Positions 58,701 to 64,000 of a stretch of DNA of 64,000 nt are shown piece by piece. Under the pieces are notes generated by a model. It did no database searches, was not told the DNA's origin, and was given only the letters and a program-made list of their open reading frames with translations. Each line of letters opens with the position of its first letter. Within the stretch, counting starts at the first letter, position 1. This DNA is from Eledone cirrhosa (Eukaryota). The translations under genes and the position numbers were made by a program. The stretch lies in NCBI GenBank assembly GCA_964016885.1, contig OZ024740.1, forward strand, positions 129,952,001-130,016,000. Reading direction: 5' to 3'.

Positions 58701-59360
58701 TCAAATATACCTAACTATAACAAGGATCTCACACATTTTCCAATATATATATACATATATAAATATATATAATAATAATGAATTGGAATACTTAAATCCA
58801 AAGAGAGCTCGATAAGGATAAATATATATCAGATATATAAAAACCGTAGGCCAAATATTTATTAAAATAACAGAGTAAAGTTTAAACAAAGAATCGCTGC
58901 TTTCACCCTTAACGGGATATGATCTATGTGCCGCTGAGGCCCTGGAAATACACATCTTAAACAAAAAGACCACATCTTAAACAAAAAATCTGAGGCTATT
59001 TCGGCCTGTGAACATAAATTGCGAAAATACTTTCCTGAATTACAACCCCACATTATACCCTAACGGATAGTACGCATATACGCGGATATTTTATGCCTTG
59101 ATGTGGTAGCTAAGTATATGTTATGTTAATACCATTACATATTCGTATAGGTAAGTATATAATACCTGTATGTTTTGTGAAGGTACGTATACTTTCTTGT
59201 ACGTATATTTGCTTGCTTATGTTATTGGCGTATATATTATATATACTGGTACATGTGCATTTGGTTGTGTGTGACCGTGCAGCCCATGTTGAATCGATCG
59301 TGTGTGTATAGGTGTTGAAGTGAATGTATTGTGGTTTATATATTAACTAGTGTAGATCTT

Positions 59361-59436
59361 CACGGGGTCGATAAAATAAAGTACCAGTAATGCGTTGGGA
59401 TAATTGCTGGCCTTGTGTCAAAAGCAGAAACAATTA
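59361..59436 (+). mobile_element. 5'-truncated tRNA-derived SINE
   Basis: Matches the 3' end of 36036-36219. Confidence 0.7.
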
Positions 59437-59913
59437 TTTGAAAATAATACTTTTAATTTCATAATTCATGGCTTCCAAATTCTCGGGTTTCCTTTACATT
59501 TCCCCTCACATTATTCCAGTCACTGCAGTATCTAATTTTAAATTCATTTAAATCAATTAATATTATTTTCTTTCTTATTTTCTTTAATAACTATCAACAA
59601 AATTACCATGATTTACTTTCATTTACATATGTACGTAAATATCAATCTACCCTATCTAACTATACATGGAATGCGACCCCATTGCGATTTACTGTTTTTG
59701 ATTTTATTATCGTAGATCCTGTCTGCAGTTAGAGTTATTGGTACGTACACATAAACAGATAGGAAGGTAGGTAAGTACAGAAATAAATGCATAGATAGAT
59801 ACATATTTAGATATTTAGATACATAGGAAGACAAATAGATAGATAGATATATATATATAGATAGAAAAAGAGATAGATATATAGATACATAGATATATAG
59901 ATAGATAGATAGA

Positions 59914-61258
59914 TATGTTTCTTTTATTTGCCACAAGGGCATCAAAAGTGGGACAAGTACAATGGGCGGAGTTTACAAAACAAGGCGTCCTCAATAGGGA
60001 GGAGGCAATAACAATATATAAAAATAAAATAAAATATAACAAAAAATAGAATTATAACAAAATCCTCATTAGAGGATTTTGTTATAAAATATAACAAAAA
60101 ATAAAATTCATAACAAAATCCTCAATACAGAGGAGGCGCCTTGGGGGGTCGCACACACCCCCGAAAAAAGTGTGCAACCCTTTTCCTCAGGAGCACAGAG
60201 AGGGGGTGCTCCCTCGTCCCTTCCTCTTTTCCACCTACAGGCTCATGTAAAGAGAAGGCCCATTCACACGGGCCATTCTCGCCACTTTCACCCACCTTTC
60301 ATAAAAACGACTGGGGTGCAGCATCTCTCTCTCCATCCTGATCCTTCTTCCGAAATGATATCGGAAGAAACGGACCAGTTGTTGGCCAGAGAGAAAGGTG
60401 CCTGACCTCAGTCCTTTCAGACGCGTCCACCATACAACCTCTTTCGCCATGGCTATTACGCACAGAAACACCGCCTCTGCTTCATCTTTGAAGGGGGGAG
60501 GCAGCTTGATCATTACAATAGACTCGGTGGTCAACCGGATCGGTCCCACCCTTGACAGCAGTTGTTCGACATAGCCCCACAGATCGGCTACGCCCGAGCA
60601 GTGTACCAATGCGTGTGCAACGGTTTCCTCGTCGCACACGCATCTGGGACAGATCTTTTTGGCGGGGTCCCTACCCGGGCGCCCGTGTCTGTAGAGCCTT
60701 TCTCGAACGGGTAAAGCTCCTCGGTAGCACTGCCAGGCCAGGGACTTCTGGAAGTTGTCCATAGGTCCCGGGCTGAATGTCCTACCGAACAGGCTGGCCA
60801 GTTCGTCCTCCTCCATGTCTAGGGCTTCTCCGAGGGCGTCGTCGCACCTGCTGCGTACCAGCCCTCTATAGAATGTTGCGGTGGAGTCTCCACTGATAAC
60901 CGGATCCGCCTGCCAGAGGGCGGTGAGCGCCTGGGCACACTCAGTGTGCCAGGCGCCCAGTTTTCTCGGTCTTTTGTTGACCCAGGATTGCAGCTCGGTG
61001 AGTGAGACGAGTCTGGGAAAGGTTCGTCTCACAAACGAGGCCCACACCGGTTGTCCGGTGAGGAATAGGTAGAGGTGCCGTAGCCTTAATGCGTGTTTAC
61101 GCATCATTAGCCACGGCATCCCCAGCCCTCCTTTCGAAGGGTGTTGACAGCAGATGGATCTCCTCACCATAGGAGCCCGCCTCTTCCAAAGGAATTGGAA
61201 GAGCGCGCGCTCCATCTTGGTGAGGGTTTCCCTTGGGCAGGGCACTACGGTCAGGCGG

Positions 61259-61259
<1 letters not shown>
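59914..61259 (-). mobile_element. 5'-truncated L1/Tx1-type LINE in (GATA)n
   Basis: 336-aa ORF2 C-terminus (FLWKRR..VRRSICCQHPSKGGLG; CCHC knuckle CPRCVCDEETVAHALVHC), then a GC-rich 3' UTR and AATAAA followed by (TATC)n. Confidence 0.9.
60235..61245 (-). CDS. LINE ORF2 C-terminal fragment (post-RT region plus zf-RVT-type CCHC)
   Basis: Uninterrupted 336-aa frame with L1/Tx1-type motifs. Confidence 0.8.
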   Translation of the reverse strand: MPCPRETLTKMERALFQFLWKRRAPMVRRSICCQHPSKGGLGMPWLMMRKHALRLRHLYLFLTGQPVWASFVRRTFPRLVSLTELQSWVNKRPRKLGAWHTECAQALTALWQADPVISGDSTATFYRGLVRSRCDDALGEALDMEEDELASLFGRTFSPGPMDNFQKSLAWQCYRGALPVRERLYRHGRPGRDPAKKICPRCVCDEETVAHALVHCSGVADLWGYVEQLLSRVGPIRLTTESIVMIKLPPPFKDEAEAVFLCVIAMAKEVVWWTRLKGLRSGTFLSGQQLVRFFRYHFGRRIRMEREMLHPSRFYERWVKVARMARVNGPSLYMSL

Positions 61260-61309
<50 letters not shown>

Positions 61310-61843
61310 TTCTTTATTTACCATAAAGGCATAAAAAGAAGGGACAAATACAAAGGGGGAGTTTACATATAATCGAGTAAAAAGGGTGTAACATGAAAAT
61401 AATCGAAAATAACCTCAAAAGGGAGGGGACGCGATGGGGGTTGCACCCCCCCCCCCCCGAAAAAGTGTGCAATCCTTTGCCCGGGGAGCACATGGAGAAG
61501 GTGCTCCCCTCTCCTTTACTTCTTTACCTACAGGATGGTATACAGAGAAGGCCCATTTACACGAGCCATTCCCGCCACTATCACCCACCTTTCATAAAAC
61601 TGCCTGTGGCCAAGCACCTCTCTCTCCATTCTTATCCTTCTTCCGAAGTGATATCGGAAGAAGTAGACCAGACTATGGCCAGAGAGGAAGTTGCCTGACC
61701 TCAGACCTTTCAATCGTGTCCACCAAACAACCTCTTTCAACATGGCTATTACGCACAGAAAATCCGCCTTTGCTTCCTTTGTGAAGAGGGGAGGCGGTTT
61801 GATTGTCATCACGGACTCGGCGGTCAATTTAATCGGCGCCACC
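61310..61843 (-). mobile_element. Second 5'-truncated L1/Tx1-type LINE, a diverged subfamily, in the same (GATA)n array
   Basis: 104-aa frame similar to the end of the 336-aa ORF (FLCVIAM.KEVVWWTRLKGLRSG). Confidence 0.9.
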
Positions 61844-61897
<54 letters not shown>

Positions 61898-62854
61898 GGA
61901 TAGATAGATAAATAGATAAATAGATTAATATTTAGGAAGCGAACATGCTTGTTAGAGAAATGGTCAGCGAAGACAGAGAGAAGGAACAGATAAGCAGTTA
62001 GGAAGATAGGTAATCAGAATCATAGATAGGCAGATATACCTGTCAGTTAGATAGCAAATAAAGAGATACAATACTAATTACATAGATAGATATTGCTTGT
62101 ATTGTATAAATACACATAAGCAGACGAGAAAAGCTAGATTTTGCGGTATCGACGATAAGATTCTTTGTGAGAGTCGGAGAACCTATAAGTTAGGCTAGCT
62201 CATATATATTCCGATTACCACTTCCCAAGCTATTTTAGCACAATGCATTTCATCCTTATTAGCGTGAACTCTACAAATACTAAAATAAAAGCTGACAACA
62301 ATGTCAAGAGTTCAGATGTTATAGGCCAAAGAAAGCTTGTGAAATTATAAGCACTTACTAAGATAATATATACATTTTCTAATTGGTCTCATAAAATACT
62401 TGGTACTTGAAAAACATATTGTATATTTTGAAATAACATAAATAATAGACGATATCAGGTGCATTATTGATTGTGATTAGGATAGTGTTTTAAATCTAAC
62501 ACAAATAAGTAAGCAAAATAAAGTGCAATAAAATAAAGTGGAATGCAAATAGATTATGGCTGCTATCAGAATGGAATATGGATCAGGAAGAATAAAATGC
62601 AATGGAGAAATGATTTGAAGAGAATGGGAGAAAATATAAACGAATAAAAGAATGTGTTGTAGAAGATAAATCACAGAAACTGAAAGGATATCAAACAAAG
62701 TTCATTTGGAATGTATAAACATATTGAACAGAAACAGTATAAAAAAATCAGAGAATGATCATGAATGATGAAAACAGAATAGATTATAAAATGTGACAAC
62801 AAGGTCTCAGCGGAAAAGTGCAATATAATACGTTAAACATACAAAGACCTATGT

Positions 62855-62937
<83 letters not shown>

Positions 62938-63152
62938 TATATGTGTGTGTGTGTGATGTGTGTGTGTAAATATATATCAAAGCGTGTGTGATCTTACTGA
63001 GCCTGTAGTGTACATGAGCGTAGCATATGAACTGGTATATAAAACATTCACACATATCCATATTATATACGATTCATATGACATAGAAATTAACACACAC
63101 TTTCCTTTGTGTATGCATGTAGGAGTATATATATATATATATATATATATAC

Positions 63153-63342
63153 GTAGGTGCCGGGTTGAGTCGGGGATAACCACAGTAATTAAGGTACTCA
63201 ATACATGGCAGAGTACATTTTTTTTATTTTATAGAAGGAGCTTCTACAGGACTAGCACTGTTTCATTCACATGAAATCTTCAGCTTCCTGAATATTTCAT
63301 CTGAATGAAACAGTGCTAGTCCTGTAGAAGCTCCTTCTATAA

Positions 63343-63347
<5 letters not shown>
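63153..63347. mobile_element. Hairpin pLTR-like stub with hammerhead-like motif on both strands
   Basis: Arms about 63224-63283 / 63288-63347. Minus strand reads CTGAAGA-TTTCATGTGAAT-GAAA-CAGTGCTAG-TC; the plus-strand core is CTGAATA. Left extension of about 70 nt. Confidence 0.7.
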
Positions 63348-63424
<77 letters not shown>

Positions 63425-63537
63425 AGATCAAAAGATGGTTCAAAGAGTTCCAAGTATTTTATTTTGCCAATTTCAAAAACAAATATCATCATGGGATGAT
63501 ATCTGCGTTCTCATCAGATACAATATGGAGACATGAT

Positions 63538-64000
63538 ATGAAGCTTAAAATACCTAGATACAAAAATATAATCTGGTATAATGGTCCTTTCTCTATTTCT
63601 ATTAATAATAATATTCCTAAACTAGTCTTTAGGGCCTTAGATAAATGCTTCCCTCCCTCACATATCTATAGTAAAATCTTTAACAAACTTACAATAAAAT
63701 GTTCTTATTCCACCTCTTCCAACATCTCTAACATTATCTCTAAACACAACAATAAAATATTAAATAATAAATCACATCCTTCCAACACTGAGCGTCATAA
63801 TAATAGCAGTAGTTCTCCCGACGTCATTGTTATCTCTAGGCTAGATTCTGTAAACTTAAATACGACGTCAAACATAACTTCGTTGAATGTTCATAATACC
63901 AATCTAAATCAGGAAACTATTATTCCTATCGTAAATAACTTCTCCAATCCAATTCCTTCTATAAATAACAATAGGTCACTTGTTAATAACTCTGTTAATT
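63538..64000 (+). pseudogene. 5'-truncated Naiad-like PLE fragment running off the window
   Basis: Open frame PRYKNIIWYNGPFSISINNNIPKLVFRALDKCFPPSHIYSKIFNKLTIKCSYSTSSNISNIISKHN, similar to the post-RT regions at about 41250-41420 and 52700-52890. Confidence 0.85.

Overview
AT-rich, microsatellite-dense eukaryotic DNA. The SINE types and (TA)n/(CA)n/(GATA)n load suggest an animal, probably a cephalopod such as octopus; this is inference only. No host gene can be called with confidence, and nearly all short ORFs in the track are translated microsatellites. The window is dominated by Penelope-like retroelements (PLEs; RT + GIY-YIG). There are four large copies at 36.8-58.7 kb: two Naiad-like (CxCx5C linker) and two Neptune-like (CxxxxCxxC linker). 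Several older remnants and more than a dozen ORF-less pLTR stubs, often palindromic, sit inside (TA)n tracts. Reading the islands between TA tracts gives about 20 type-I hammerhead ribozyme (HHR) motifs from roughly 10 families. One family has a compensated U3-A8 core (UUGAAAA). Nearly all of these insertions share an asymmetric inverted-repeat architecture, and in the best-resolved family both ends match internal TATA microhomologies. Three 5'-truncated L1/Tx1-type LINEs each have (GATA)n on both sides, suggesting a second microsatellite-specific retroelement. Also present are a non-autonomous Helitron, an R4/Dong-like RT remnant and tRNA-derived SINEs. All folds and alignments were done by eye, so boundaries are approximate.
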